Positions 1 to 10,683 of a stretch of 64,000 nucleotides of DNA are shown piece by piece. Under the pieces are notes generated by a model. It saw nothing but the letters and a program-made list of their open reading frames with translations, did not search any database and was not told the origin of the DNA. Made by a program: the position numbers and the translations under genes. The first letter of the stretch is position 1; every line of letters begins with the position of its first letter. Source of the stretch: an uncultured cyanobacterium (GTDB lineage: Bacteria; Cyanobacteriota; Cyanobacteriia; CAKZMO01); assembly GCA_963719515.1 (NCBI GenBank), contig CAVRCJ010000003.1, positions 640,001 through 704,000 of the forward strand, written 5' to 3'.

Positions 1-56
1 GTTTGCCAGTGACGGTTGGGTGAGACGGCCTCGTAGCAATTTATCAGCAGCCTTGC

Positions 57-884
57 TCAATCGACAACGCCTAGCTGGCCAACGAATTGGCCGATTGCCC
101 TGTTAATCCCCTCAGCGTCCTCTGCCATCATTAGATGGCCCCCGTTGAGCAAGTGCAAGTGCTGCCCATTAATAAACTGATCAGCCAGCTCAACTCCCAT
201 CTGCTCCGTAAACATTGGGTCCTGTCCGCCGCTGACCACTAGCGCCGGAAGCTGCCGTAGCCGTTTTGAAACGCCGCGAGCAAAGAAGTCATACTGCCAA
301 AAGATTTCTAGGGCCTCGTAGGGGGAGGCCTCCGTTGGCACTGGGCTTTCGGCAAAAAAGCGATCGAGGCGAGGATGGGTGTGGGTGGTGGACACCGCTT
401 GAGTCAGCTTCTGCAGACCTGGTAGGCGATACAGGTGGCGACCACCCCATTTGAGAAATCGCATCAGGGGCATCTCCCACCAGGTGGCAAGATCGTGGGT
501 ACCCCCGGCGATGAGAACCAGACCCCTTGCTGGGTGCTGACGTGCCCACTCCAGGCCCAATGGAACGCCGTAGCTGTGGCAGCACAGTAAAGGACGCTGG
601 ATGTGGTGCCGTCGCAAAAGCCGTGTCAGATCGCGGCAGTGTTGACCAATAGAATAGCTTGGGTCGGTTTCGGACTGACCGTGGCCAGCTAGATCGTAGG
701 CCAGCGCCTCCCAGCCTTGGGCAACCGCAAACTCGTACTGCGATCGCCAGTTGTAGCGGTTGCCCAGACCCCCATGGAGAAACACTAGGGTTGGCGTCTG
801 ACCTGGGCTGTGGCAAACCTGTAGAGAGATGCCCCGCCGCAGTCGAATAGACTTACCACCCAATAGATCTACAGCATCTGACAT
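57..884 (-). CDS. alpha/beta-fold hydrolase
   Basis: VFLHGGLG, YDLAGHGQS, CHSYG nucleophile elbow, C-terminal GGH. Confidence 0.85.
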   Translation of the reverse strand: MSDAVDLLGGKSIRLRRGISLQVCHSPGQTPTLVFLHGGLGNRYNWRSQYEFAVAQGWEALAYDLAGHGQSETDPSYSIGQHCRDLTRLLRRHHIQRPLLCCHSYGVPLGLEWARQHPARGLVLIAGGTHDLATWWEMPLMRFLKWGGRHLYRLPGLQKLTQAVSTTHTHPRLDRFFAESPVPTEASPYEALEIFWQYDFFARGVSKRLRQLPALVVSGGQDPMFTEQMGVELADQFINGQHLHLLNGGHLMMAEDAEGINRAIGQFVGQLGVVD

Positions 885-1149
885 ATTCGAGCCTCAACAG
901 TAAACTTAAATCCTGTTGTTGAGATGAGGATAATAGCTTAGGCACTGGTAGATAAGATGCTGGCTTGAGCTACTCTATCTTGCGTTCTCATGGCAATGCA
1001 CACTATTTTTGGTGCGCTAATTATTTTTTATCGCGTTTATTTGATGTGACGATTGTAACCCTACGCATCAGTATGCTAGCTCAAGGCTGTTGCTAGATGG
1101 CGGTCGCCTTGAGCTTCGTAGAAGCGCTGCTGTGGTAGGTAAGTTTCTC

Positions 1150-2259
1150 TTATTTTGAAAGATTGCGAAACCATCCCCGTCGCCAGAAAAAGTACATGAG
1201 ACCAGCAGCGATCACTAACATTAAAAGCCATACCGCCACATAGCCCCAATACCAGTTCAACTCCGGCATATTGAACGGTGATGCCTCCGGGTTAAAGTTC
1301 ATGCCATAAATTCCGGCAATGAAGGTGAGGGGAATAAAAATGGTGGAAATGACAGTCAGGGTTTTCATCACCTCATTCATGCGGTTACTCATGGCAGACA
1401 GGTAGATATCCACCAGTCCCGAGCAGCGATCGCGATAGCTTTCCACAATATCCAGCAGCTGCACCCCGTGGTCGTAGCAGTCTCGCAGGTATACATCAAG
1501 GTGCGGCCCTATAAACTCATCGTTATCCCGGAGCAGGCTGGCAAGCGTTTCGCGCTGGAGCCAGATGGTATGGCGCAGGCTCGCCAGGTTCTGTTTGAGG
1601 CGATAAATCTGATGAAGCGTTTTTTCATTGGGGTGGGATATGACCTCATCTTCTAGGCTTTCGAGCCGATCTCCATAAGCTTCTAAAGCCTGGAAAAAGC
1701 TATCTACGATGGCATCGAGCAGGGCATAGGTCAGGTAATCGGCCCCCATACGGCGAATTACCCCGCGATTGTGCTGAATGCGATTCCGAATCGGCTCAAA
1801 ACAGTCATGGTCGAACTCTTCCTGCACAGTCAACAGGTAATGCTGACCGAGGACAAAGCTGATCTGCTCATGCACCAAGCGGTTCTGCTCAGGCAGATAG
1901 GTGACCATATGGGTCACAATCACCAACTGGTTATCGTAGATTTCTACCTTAGGGCGCTGAGGCACATTTACTAGGTCTTCTAGCACTAGGGGATGTAGGG
2001 CAAAAACCTGACCCAGTTTATGGAGCGTGGCCGCATTGCCCAATCCCCGAACGTTTATCCAGGAAACGGAATCGGTATCTAAATAGGCGACGCAGTCCTG
2101 GGGGGTTGCCAGGGATAGCTTCATCACCATATCGGCATTGTAATCAACCAGGTCAAGCTGAGTGCTGGCCGCGGATGCCGAGATCTGAAGGGTGCCCGGG
2201 ACGGTACCCGGTACATCATGAAAATAGGGCAAGCGGGTGGATGAAGGACGCTGATTCAT
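1150..2259 (-). CDS. corA: Mg2+/Co2+ transporter CorA
   Basis: YGMNF signature, MPEL loop, two C-terminal TM helices. Confidence 0.95.
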   Translation of the reverse strand: MNQRPSSTRLPYFHDVPGTVPGTLQISASAASTQLDLVDYNADMVMKLSLATPQDCVAYLDTDSVSWINVRGLGNAATLHKLGQVFALHPLVLEDLVNVPQRPKVEIYDNQLVIVTHMVTYLPEQNRLVHEQISFVLGQHYLLTVQEEFDHDCFEPIRNRIQHNRGVIRRMGADYLTYALLDAIVDSFFQALEAYGDRLESLEDEVISHPNEKTLHQIYRLKQNLASLRHTIWLQRETLASLLRDNDEFIGPHLDVYLRDCYDHGVQLLDIVESYRDRCSGLVDIYLSAMSNRMNEVMKTLTVISTIFIPLTFIAGIYGMNFNPEASPFNMPELNWYWGYVAVWLLMLVIAAGLMYFFWRRGWFRNLSK

Positions 2260-2341
2260 GGGGGGAGAAGATAGGGCAAACGCATCCCAAAAGTGAGCAT
2301 TGATTCAGGGGCATGATGCAGGAGATGAGCCACACCCCTGA

Positions 2342-3457
2342 TCAATGCTGTCCGGTAGTAGCCAATCGCTGTTTAAGCCAAAAATCTAAGCATGGCAAAG
2401 CAACGCGGTAGTCGTAGTTTGACCCATAGATCAGACCCTTTTGCTCTAGGCTGTTGAGCGCCCCCTGTAGCCCTCCCCCCCGAGAGAGGTGATGCTTTTT
2501 GATGTAGCTTCGCGACTGCGGGCTATCTGTCGGGTCAAGCGCCAGGCACTCCAGAACACGGACCTGACTGGGCGGAAGTAGCATCACCAGGGACTCAAAG
2601 GTTACGGACATATCTTCAGCGAGTGCCAGCATACTGCGATGAATATGGTGGGCACAAACGGTTTTGTCTGTGTAGCTGTATGCGTTGTGGTGAAGCCAAA
2701 TACGACGGGCCAGAGCGATCGCATCCCCCAAATGCCCCTGGATATAGCTGAGAAATAGGGCGATCGCCTCATCTTCTTTGCTCACCCTGAGCCCTTGCTT
2801 TTCCATGGCTTCCACAAACCATCGCTCTATCGCCCCATCATCAAGGGGCAGCAGATGAATCACCGGCAAGGGACTCTCAGAGGCCCAGGGTTCGACCACC
2901 GTTGTCACCAGGGCATAGCTCACCTGGGTATGGCGCTGCCCCGCCTGCTTTAGATAGTCTCCCCATTTCCCCTGCCGGTCCCAGGAGCGCAGGTGGGAAA
3001 AATTTTGCAAGGCGATCACCATGCGGCAGTCGAGCTTTCCTGCTATAAACTGCGGCAGGGCCAACAGGGCCTCAAACAGCGGCCACTCTTTGCCAGCAGG
3101 GGTATGCCAGACGATCTGTGCCCGCACGCCGAGGGAGACTTCAACGGTAATGGGATAGTTCACTGCCCAAGCCTGGAGCAGGGCGATCTCCTCTGGTGCA
3201 CGGAAGCAGTCTGTAATGCTATTTGCCAACAGTCGTAAGAACTGATGGGCATTAGCGCTACGCAGGCAGTCGATCTCTAATACTCTTGCGTTGGCAGCAC
3301 GGGCCGCTTCGCGCAGCAATAGTTGGCGGCCTGTTCCAGGGGCACCCACCAGTAAAAAGTCCCCCTCTTGGGCCAGGATTTGGTGGATGCGCTGAAATTC
3401 AGCCTCACGGGCGATCGCAGCTTGGGGCGTCAATAGGGTGTTATTCATCTCAAGCAA
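2342..3457 (-). CDS. P-loop ATPase-like protein with degenerate Walker motifs and probable C-terminal winged helix
   Basis: LLVGAPGTGR (Walker A with K to R), IALQNF at the Walker B position, ALNSLEQKGLI wHTH-like tail. Confidence 0.6.
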   Translation of the reverse strand: MLEMNNTLLTPQAAIAREAEFQRIHQILAQEGDFLLVGAPGTGRQLLLREAARAANARVLEIDCLRSANAHQFLRLLANSITDCFRAPEEIALLQAWAVNYPITVEVSLGVRAQIVWHTPAGKEWPLFEALLALPQFIAGKLDCRMVIALQNFSHLRSWDRQGKWGDYLKQAGQRHTQVSYALVTTVVEPWASESPLPVIHLLPLDDGAIERWFVEAMEKQGLRVSKEDEAIALFLSYIQGHLGDAIALARRIWLHHNAYSYTDKTVCAHHIHRSMLALAEDMSVTFESLVMLLPPSQVRVLECLALDPTDSPQSRSYIKKHHLSRGGGLQGALNSLEQKGLIYGSNYDYRVALPCLDFWLKQRLATTGQH

Positions 3458-3528
3458 AAAGCAACACTAAGAAATAGTGCCAATTTGGTTAGCACGGCTC
3501 TATTATTAAGTGTATATTCTCGCTCATC

Positions 3529-6459
3529 TTGGAGTCTTCCGCTATGGCTTTGCGAGCACCCGCCCCAAAACCGTCCAGGTCCAAGTCCAAGTCCAAGTTG
3601 CCGTCTTCTCAAGTGTCTACAGCAGTGCCCTCAACGCCACTGGCCTGGCACACCTTCTCGCCAGAGGAAGCAATTCTTCGCCTCAACAGCGATCGCACCC
3701 GGGGGCTGACTGACCAGCAGGCTACGGAGCGGCTGCAGGAAGTCGGGGCCAACGAGCTGGACGAGACAGCGAAGCGAGGCACCTGGGGCATTGTGCTCGA
3801 CCAGTTCAAAAACATCATGCTGGTGATGCTGATTGTGGTCGCCATAGTCTCAGCCGTATTAAACCTGGCTGATGGATCGTTCCCGAAGGACGCGATCGCC
3901 ATTTTCGCCATCGTCATCTTGAATGGCCTATTGGGATATCTCCAGGAAAGCCGCGCCGAGAAAGCGCTAGCGGCGTTGAAACGAATGACCTCTTCCCAGG
4001 TTCGGACGCTGCGGCAGGGGCAGGAGCAGCAGGTCGCTGCCAAAGCGCTGGTTCCCGGCGATGTCATTCTGTTAGATGCAGGCGCACAGGTTGCTGCAGA
4101 TGGCCTACTGTTAGAAGAGCATAACCTGCAGGTGCGGGAGTCGGCGCTTACGGGAGAGGCCGAAGCCGTCAGTAAACAAGCGGGCATGGTTTTACCCAAG
4201 GACGCACCATTGGGCGATCGCCTCAACCAAGTGTTTCAAGGCACCGAGGTCACTCAAGGGCGGGGGACGGTGCTGGTTACCCAGACCGGGATGCAGACCG
4301 AGCTGGGGCGTATCGCGCAGCTGCTTCAATCCGTAGAATCGGAGCCGACGCCGCTGCAGCGGCGCATGGCCCAGCTGGCCAACGTGCTGGTGTCAGGGGC
4401 AATGATACTGGTGGGTCTGGTTGTGGTAGGGGGACTACTGCGAACCGGCGATTTGAGTCTATTCGACGAGCTGCTAGAGGTTTCTCTGAGTATGGCTGTG
4501 GCCGTGGTGCCTGAGGGGTTACCCGCCGTCATCACGGTCACTCTAGCCCTAGGCACCCAGCGTATGGTGCGCCGTCAGGCGCTAATTCGCAAGCTGCCAG
4601 CAGTGGAAACTCTGGGGTCAGTCACGACCATCTGTTCCGACAAAACGGGCACGCTTACCCAAAACAAAATGGTGGGGCGAGAGGTCTATGCGGGAGAACT
4701 GTCGTTTCAGGCGTCGGGTGAAGGCTACAGGCCGACGGGCAAATTTCGTCTGGGTGAGGCAGTGCCAGAGGACCAATCTCACAAAGTAGCAGTAGCGCCG
4801 CATCATTACCCGGCGTTGACGAATCTGCTGTTGACCTGCGCGTTGTGTAACGATGCCACCCTCCAGCACCAGGGCAGTCTATGGACGATCTTGGGCGACC
4901 CTACGGAAGGGGCGCTGCTTACGTTAGCGGAGAAAGGAGGGTTGGATAAAGCAACGCTCTCCGGTGCGTACCCCCGCATTGACGAAATCCCTTTTTCCTC
5001 TGAGCGTAAGCGGATGAGCGTTCTCTGCGCTACGGCATCACCATCTTCTACAATCCCGCTTTTTCACCGTCTAACAGCGCCGTATATCCTGCTCACCAAG
5101 GGCTCTCCTGAGGCGGTACTAGATTGCTGTACCCAGGCCCAGGTCGGGGATTTTACGTCGGTTTTGACGCCTTCTCAGCGCGATCGCATTCTCCAGCAAA
5201 ACAATGCCATGGCCCAGCGCGGACTGCGGGTGCTGGGGCTAGCAATGCGACCGATGACGGACCAAGCTGTCGAAGACGCTGAACAAGATTTGACCTGGCT
5301 AGGGTTGGTCGGCATGCTAGATGCCCCGCGTTCTGAAGTGCGCGAGGCGGTCATGCAATGCCGTGCAGCGGGCATTCGCCCGGTGATGATTACCGGCGAC
5401 CATCCCCTGACAGCGCGGGCGATCGCCAAGGAACTAGGGATTGCTGACGATGAAGACACCTGGGTTACTGGCCAAGCCCTAGCTCAGATGACCTTCCAAG
5501 ATCTGCAAAAGATCGTGCCCCACGCTAGCGTCTACGCTAGAGTTTCCCCCGAGCACAAGCTCAAAATTGTGCAGGCGCTGCAGCGGCAGGGAGAGGTGGT
5601 TGCCATGACGGGCGATGGCGTCAACGATGCTCCCGCCCTCAAGCAAGCGGATATTGGCATTGCCATGGGCATTACCGGCACCGACGTCAGCAAAGAGGCT
5701 AGCGACATGGTGCTGCTCGACGACAACTTTGCCACGATCGTCGCTGCCGTTGAAGAAGGCCGCGTGGTATACGACAATATTCGTCGGTTCATCAAATATA
5801 TTCTCGGCAGCAATATTGGTGAGGTGCTCACCATTGCAGCCTCTCCATTGTTGGGGCTAGGCGGGGTACCGCTCTCTCCTCTGCAAATTTTGTGGATGAA
5901 CTTAGTCACCGATGGACTACCGGCCTTAGCACTGGCAATGGAGCCTGCCGAGCCAGATGCAATGCGCCGTCCGCCCCACAGTCCCCGCGAGAGCATTTTT
6001 GCTAGAGGGATGGGGCTTTACATGGTTCGTGTGGGTGTGGTGTTGGCGATTGTTACCATCGGTCTGATGGTATGGGCATTTTCCTACACCCATGCAGCGG
6101 GTTATCCGGGCCATCCCGACACCTGGAAAACCATGGTGTTTACGACCCTTTGTCTTGCCCAAATGGGTCATGCCTTAGCTATTCGCTCCGATACCCAGCT
6201 CACCTGGCAGCTTAACCCGGCATCAAATCCCTACGTTTGGGGTTCTGTTCTGTTAACAACAGCGCTGCAGCTTTTGCTGATTTACACGCCTGCACTACAA
6301 ACTTTTTTTGGCTTACATCCCTTGACTGCCGTTGAACTGTTGGTCTGTTTTGGCTTTAGTTCCCTGATGTTTGTATGGATTGAAGCTGAGAAGCTTGTCA
6401 TTCGGGCAACCCGTCGCCAAGCCCGTCGCCGCGATCGCCATCTTCCTCGGCATGCCTAA
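3529..6459 (+). CDS. cation-transporting P-type ATPase (type IIA, Ca2+/PacL-like); start may be ATG 3544
   Basis: [32 protein letters not shown]. Confidence 0.93.
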   Translation: MESSAMALRAPAPKPSRSKSKSKLPSSQVSTAVPSTPLAWHTFSPEEAILRLNSDRTRGLTDQQATERLQEVGANELDETAKRGTWGIVLDQFKNIMLVMLIVVAIVSAVLNLADGSFPKDAIAIFAIVILNGLLGYLQESRAEKALAALKRMTSSQVRTLRQGQEQQVAAKALVPGDVILLDAGAQVAADGLLLEEHNLQVRESALTGEAEAVSKQAGMVLPKDAPLGDRLNQVFQGTEVTQGRGTVLVTQTGMQTELGRIAQLLQSVESEPTPLQRRMAQLANVLVSGAMILVGLVVVGGLLRTGDLSLFDELLEVSLSMAVAVVPEGLPAVITVTLALGTQRMVRRQALIRKLPAVETLGSVTTICSDKTGTLTQNKMVGREVYAGELSFQASGEGYRPTGKFRLGEAVPEDQSHKVAVAPHHYPALTNLLLTCALCNDATLQHQGSLWTILGDPTEGALLTLAEKGGLDKATLSGAYPRIDEIPFSSERKRMSVLCATASPSSTIPLFHRLTAPYILLTKGSPEAVLDCCTQAQVGDFTSVLTPSQRDRILQQNNAMAQRGLRVLGLAMRPMTDQAVEDAEQDLTWLGLVGMLDAPRSEVREAVMQCRAAGIRPVMITGDHPLTARAIAKELGIADDEDTWVTGQALAQMTFQDLQKIVPHASVYARVSPEHKLKIVQALQRQGEVVAMTGDGVNDAPALKQADIGIAMGITGTDVSKEASDMVLLDDNFATIVAAVEEGRVVYDNIRRFIKYILGSNIGEVLTIAASPLLGLGGVPLSPLQILWMNLVTDGLPALALAMEPAEPDAMRRPPHSPRESIFARGMGLYMVRVGVVLAIVTIGLMVWAFSYTHAAGYPGHPDTWKTMVFTTLCLAQMGHALAIRSDTQLTWQLNPASNPYVWGSVLLTTALQLLLIYTPALQTFFGLHPLTAVELLVCFGFSSLMFVWIEAEKLVIRATRRQARRRDRHLPRHA

Positions 6460-6823
6460 AGCCTGTGGACCATATTTCCCTATGGTTGCAGCCAAATCCA
6501 TCGCTTCCACAATTTTGCTGTTTACCAACACAAGGAGAATGCTTCTCACCGACACACCTCGGAAGAGCCTCATCGGTATCAGTCTAATAACGCCGCGCGC
6601 TTATTTGATTGTGTAGATGCCGTATACCGCGAACTGCACCGCCTAGAATGGATAGATTACCGGCCTTCTCTAGCGCTTTGGCTGGGGCCTTCAAACAGAC
6701 CTCACTAACAAAACGCTGCAGATCGCAATCTTGCCTCTGTGGTAGCAGGATTTTGATGATGTCCCAAAAGAACACAGTACTTTTTGATGTTCGGTTTAGC
6801 TACTAGACAGGAAGCCCCGCGCT

Positions 6824-7006
6824 CTACCCGTCAGGGTGAGCGTCGGGATGAGAGTCGCGGTCGTCGATGGGGCTCAATGCCCCGGAGACGGCCAAACTTC
6901 GGATGTACTCCCTAAGGACATCGTTGATAGTTCTTTCGGTCATCTCATAATACTTGTCAAGATGCTGCTTTTCTCTATCAGCGGCTCTAATAGTTATTTG
7001 TTGCAT
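6824..7006 (-). CDS. small ribbon-helix-helix (CopG-like) protein, divergent from tnpB
   Basis: MQQITIRAADREKQHLDKYYEMTERTINDVLREYIRSL has a beta-helix-helix pattern. Confidence 0.65.
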   Translation of the reverse strand: MQQITIRAADREKQHLDKYYEMTERTINDVLREYIRSLAVSGALSPIDDRDSHPDAHPDG

Positions 7007-7039
7007 GTCGTTCTGATGTCAATATGCTATCATTATTGC

Positions 7040-8236
7040 ATGAAAGTCACTTATCAGTACAAGTTGCGTCCAGCGGCTGAGCAAACGGTTACCATGACCC
7101 AATGGCTAGATATGCTTCGGGCACAGTACAACTGGTTGCTGGCTGAGCGCTTCGACTGGTGGGAGATGAACCGCTGTTCGGTCAACGCCTGCCCACTCAC
7201 CTGTAGCCTTGCGCCACTCAAAGATAATCCTAATTACTACAGCCAGAAGGCTAGCCTAGTACCTCTCAAGCGAGAGCGGCCCTGGTACAAAGATTTGCAC
7301 TCACAAGCGCTTCAGGAGGTGACGAAGCAGGTAAAGCAGACGTTCGAGCGTTTCATCAAAGGTGATAAAAACGGTAAGCGTAGCGGCAAGCCTCGGTTCA
7401 AAGGCGCGGGGCGCTACAGGACGTTCACGTTCCCGCAGATGAAACCTGACTGCATCGATGGAAGTCGTATTACCCTGCCTAAGATTGGCCAGGTGAAGCT
7501 AATCCTTCATCGCCCGATACCTGATGGGTTTACTGTCAAAACGGCCAAGGTGACTCGCAAAGCAGATGGTTGGTATGCGAGCCTGTTACTGGAAAACAAT
7601 GCCGTTCCGATGCTTACTCCGGATGTTGATAGGGCTAAGTCTGTCGGTGTTGACGTTGGGCTGAAGGATTTCTTGGTTACCAGTGACGGTGAGAGCGTTC
7701 CTATCCCTCAGTTCTTTCGACGCTCAGAGCGGCAGCTATCCAAGCTGCAGCGGCAGCTATCGAGACAGAAGAAGGGCTCTAACCGCTGGCGTAAGCAGGT
7801 GAATCGCATCGCCAAACTGCATCTGAAAATATCGCGTCAACGCCGTGATTTCTTTTCTAAGGTGTGGGATTGGCTGTTTTCAAAGTACGATGTTGTCGCT
7901 CATGAAAAGCTCAACATCAAAGGACTTGCTCGAACCAGACTGGCAAAGTCAATCGCTGATGCCGCATGGGGTACATTCTTGGAGATAGGCTCTTTCAAAG
8001 CCGCGAAAGCTGGAAAGATGACCATCGCTGAGAACCCACGCGGAACCAGCATTGATTGCTCGGGTTGTGGTGAGCGGGTACCAAAGACGCTGGCCGATCG
8101 GGTCCATAGTTGCCCGTCATGCGGCTTAACGATCTGTCGCGACCACAACGCGGCTATCAACCTATTGAATAGGGCTGTGGGACATCAAGCCCTTAATCTC
8201 TCAGGAAATGTCTCAGCGGTAGCTGGGAGTCACTGA
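7040..8236 (+). CDS. tnpB: RNA-guided endonuclease TnpB (start moved to ATG 7040)
   Basis: MKVTYQYKLRP N-terminus; RuvC GVDVG / HEKLN / RDHNAA; CSGCG..CPSCG zinc finger. Confidence 0.95.
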   Translation: MKVTYQYKLRPAAEQTVTMTQWLDMLRAQYNWLLAERFDWWEMNRCSVNACPLTCSLAPLKDNPNYYSQKASLVPLKRERPWYKDLHSQALQEVTKQVKQTFERFIKGDKNGKRSGKPRFKGAGRYRTFTFPQMKPDCIDGSRITLPKIGQVKLILHRPIPDGFTVKTAKVTRKADGWYASLLLENNAVPMLTPDVDRAKSVGVDVGLKDFLVTSDGESVPIPQFFRRSERQLSKLQRQLSRQKKGSNRWRKQVNRIAKLHLKISRQRRDFFSKVWDWLFSKYDVVAHEKLNIKGLARTRLAKSIADAAWGTFLEIGSFKAAKAGKMTIAENPRGTSIDCSGCGERVPKTLADRVHSCPSCGLTICRDHNAAINLLNRAVGHQALNLSGNVSAVAGSH

Positions 8237-8300
8237 GGAAGCCCGCGCTGTATGCGTAGCATCAGCGTCGGGAGGATGTCACTGCCTATCCTGACAAATA
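8165..8300 (+). ncRNA. putative omega/reRNA of TnpB (3' end of tnpB, right end and flanking guide); limits approximate
   Basis: Inferred from established TnpB biology; right-end hairpin ends at TCAC 8282. Confidence 0.5.
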
Positions 8301-8607
8301 TGGCGGTGCTTTAATGTGCGTTGCGGGAAATCCGCCTGCTGTTGGTGAGGGTGCCAAATGGGTAGACCCGGCTACCAGCGTAATAACTTTGTGGAAAATA
8401 CAGCGGGTTGAATATTATCCGTGCTTTGGGTGCCCGTCTGACGGTATACCGGCTTCGTCTAAGGCATTCGGCGCTGTGTGGTTCGAAAAGATTGCTGATT
8501 TAGGGGCAGAGTCCTACCCGATTAGTACCAAGCCTAGACCAGTGAGATCCTAGACAATCGCGTTTTAAATTGTAATGCTGAGGCACAGCGAGCGGAGCAC
8601 CAAACGC

Positions 8608-9651
8608 CTACCCAAATCCTTTCGTCTTCCGCTCTTCCAGACTCCACAGGCCGATTACTCCGGTTGTCCCAGCGATCGCCAGCAGCTCCCCACCGGGGTG
8701 CCAGGCCAGGGCCGAGCAGCCGCCCTCCGGAAACTTGAGCGCTTTGACAAGGCTTTTCGCGTCCCAAAAGCAGACGGTGCCGTCTTCTCCTACCGAGACC
8801 AGCCGCGAGGTTCTGGGCTGAAAGGCGATCGCGTTCACCCGGTCGGTGTGATGCTGCAGGACTTGCGATCGCCAGCCCCGCTTACCCTCAGCGCTCTGGG
8901 TCCAGAGGGTGACCCCCTCAGCGCAGGCCGCCGCCAGCTTGGGCGTTCCCCCAGCGGCCTCAGCCCAAGCCACCTGCCGCACTTTGCCAGGAAAGCCCTG
9001 CATCAGCCAGGGCGGTGGACTGTCCCATTCCACAACTGTCAGGGTGCGGTCTAAGTTGCCCGACGCCAAATAGCACCCATCGGCGGACCAGGCCGCGTAG
9101 AGACCTGCCCCCGGTACGGCGACCGTTTTGTGCTCCACCGTCCAATCTGCCGTATTCCAGACCTTCATCCCCCCATGACCGCTGACGACAAGCCAGTCAC
9201 CCCGAGGGTGCCAGGCTAAGTGCAGGGCGGAAGAGGACTGAAAATCCAGGTCGGCGATCGCGTTAGTCCCGTCCCAAACTTTTACCTGGGAACCGACCCC
9301 ATAGGCCAGATAGGGCTGGCTTGGGTGCCAGGCCAGTTGGTCAATCCAGATGCCGGGGTGGGACTGGCTAAACGCCACAGGGTAACCCGGCTGCAGTGCC
9401 CACACCACCAGGTCACCGCTTTGGCCAGCGGCGGCGAGGTATTGACCCTCTGCAGAAAAGCCCAGGGCATTCACCGCTTTGCCAGTTGTGGGCTGTAGGA
9501 CGACGCGATCTTGGTGGAGGTCAAACAGCGTCACTTCGCCTGCAGCAGAGGCGACGGCTAAGCGGCTGCCATCGGCAGACCAGGCGATCGCCGTCACGTA
9601 GTCGCCCAGGCGATCGCGCCAGCGCTTGGTGAAATTCAGCGCAGTCTTCAC
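8608..9651 (-). CDS. WD40-repeat protein
   Basis: Repeated AWHP/AWSADG..VKVWD motifs; 4-bp overlap with the upstream COG0523 gene. Confidence 0.9.
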   Translation of the reverse strand: MKTALNFTKRWRDRLGDYVTAIAWSADGSRLAVASAAGEVTLFDLHQDRVVLQPTTGKAVNALGFSAEGQYLAAAGQSGDLVVWALQPGYPVAFSQSHPGIWIDQLAWHPSQPYLAYGVGSQVKVWDGTNAIADLDFQSSSALHLAWHPRGDWLVVSGHGGMKVWNTADWTVEHKTVAVPGAGLYAAWSADGCYLASGNLDRTLTVVEWDSPPPWLMQGFPGKVRQVAWAEAAGGTPKLAAACAEGVTLWTQSAEGKRGWRSQVLQHHTDRVNAIAFQPRTSRLVSVGEDGTVCFWDAKSLVKALKFPEGGCSALAWHPGGELLAIAGTTGVIGLWSLEERKTKGFG

Positions 9652-10604
9652 GCCAGGCAGGCGCGAAATCCGCTGCGCAGCTCAGCTTCGTCTAGGTTGC
9701 GGCCAATGAACACCATCTCGCTACGGCGGGACTCGTCCGGCTTCCAGGGGCGATCGCTGCGGCCATCAAAAATCATGTGGACGCCCTGAAAGACGTAGCG
9801 ATTGGGCTCGCCCGCCAGGTTGAGGATGCCCTTGGTGCGAAAGATATCTGGGCCTTTGGTTTCCAGCAGCTTGCTCACCCAGCTGCTCAGCTTGTCGCCG
9901 TCTAGGGGCTTTTCTTCCACAATGGCAAAGGAGTAAACCGACTCGTCATGCTCGTGGGCATCTTCATTGAGAAATTCGGGGTCGACCTCGAGGGCTCGGT
10001 CCAAGTCAAACGCCTTGACGCCTAAAACCGACTCAATAGGCAGCTCAGAGTTCTGGGTGCGGTAAATTTTCACCATGGCGTTCATGTCCAGGATGCGGCG
10101 CTCCAGCTCAGCGAGATCTTCCTCAGACACTAGGTCAATCTTGTTGAGCAAAATCACGTCGGCAAAGGCAATTTGCTCTTGGGCTTCGTCGCTCTCCCAA
10201 TGCTGGTGGATGTGCTTGGCATCGACAACGGTAATCACGGCGTCTAAGGCCAGCTGAGACTGGATGTCTTCATCGACAAAGAAGGTCTGAATTACGGGGG
10301 CGGGATCGGCGAGCCCCGTGGTTTCAATCACCAGATGGTCGAACTGGTCGCGCCGCTGCATGAGATTGCCGATGATGCGAATTAGGTCGCCCCTCACGGT
10401 GCAGCAGATGCAGCCGTTGTTCATCTCGAAGATCTCTTCGTCGGCGTCGATGATCAGCTGGTTATCAATACCCACCTCGCCAAATTCGTTGACGATTACC
10501 GCCACCTTTTTACCGTGCTCGTAGGTCAAGATGCGGTTGAGCAGGGTGGTTTTGCCCGCGCCGAGGTAGCCGGTGAGCACCGTTACCGGGACTGTTGTCG
10601 CCAT
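9648..10604 (-). CDS. COG0523/CobW-family metallochaperone GTPase
   Basis: GYLGAGKT, NEFGE, GCICC, ETTGLA, NKID, CobW_C domain. Confidence 0.95.
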   Translation of the reverse strand: MATTVPVTVLTGYLGAGKTTLLNRILTYEHGKKVAVIVNEFGEVGIDNQLIIDADEEIFEMNNGCICCTVRGDLIRIIGNLMQRRDQFDHLVIETTGLADPAPVIQTFFVDEDIQSQLALDAVITVVDAKHIHQHWESDEAQEQIAFADVILLNKIDLVSEEDLAELERRILDMNAMVKIYRTQNSELPIESVLGVKAFDLDRALEVDPEFLNEDAHEHDESVYSFAIVEEKPLDGDKLSSWVSKLLETKGPDIFRTKGILNLAGEPNRYVFQGVHMIFDGRSDRPWKPDESRRSEMVFIGRNLDEAELRSGFRACLA

Positions 10605-10683
10605 AGTCGTTACACCATCTCAGTTAAGCGTATTCAACCTTAGCGATGGGGAGAGCTACAAAAAGTTCGCGGCGAACAGTTTT

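Larger units (their letters stand above)
6809..8282 (+). mobile_element. IS200/IS605-family element, TnpB only (no tnpA); left boundary approximate
   Basis: Similar hairpin ends: left GGAAGCCCCGCGCTCTACCCGTCAGGGTGAGCGTCGGGA (~6810-6849), right GGAAGCCCGCGCTGTATGCGTAGCATCAGCGTCGGGAGGATGTCAC ending in TCAC at 8282. Confidence 0.8.

Noticed and set aside
6836..7039. N-terminal extension of TnpB
   Set aside because: It overlaps the left end and the RHH gene; TnpB homology starts at ATG 7040.
8283..8600. Short ORFs right of the first IS (and 6460-6808 on its left)
   Set aside because: No recognisable motifs; treated as intergenic.
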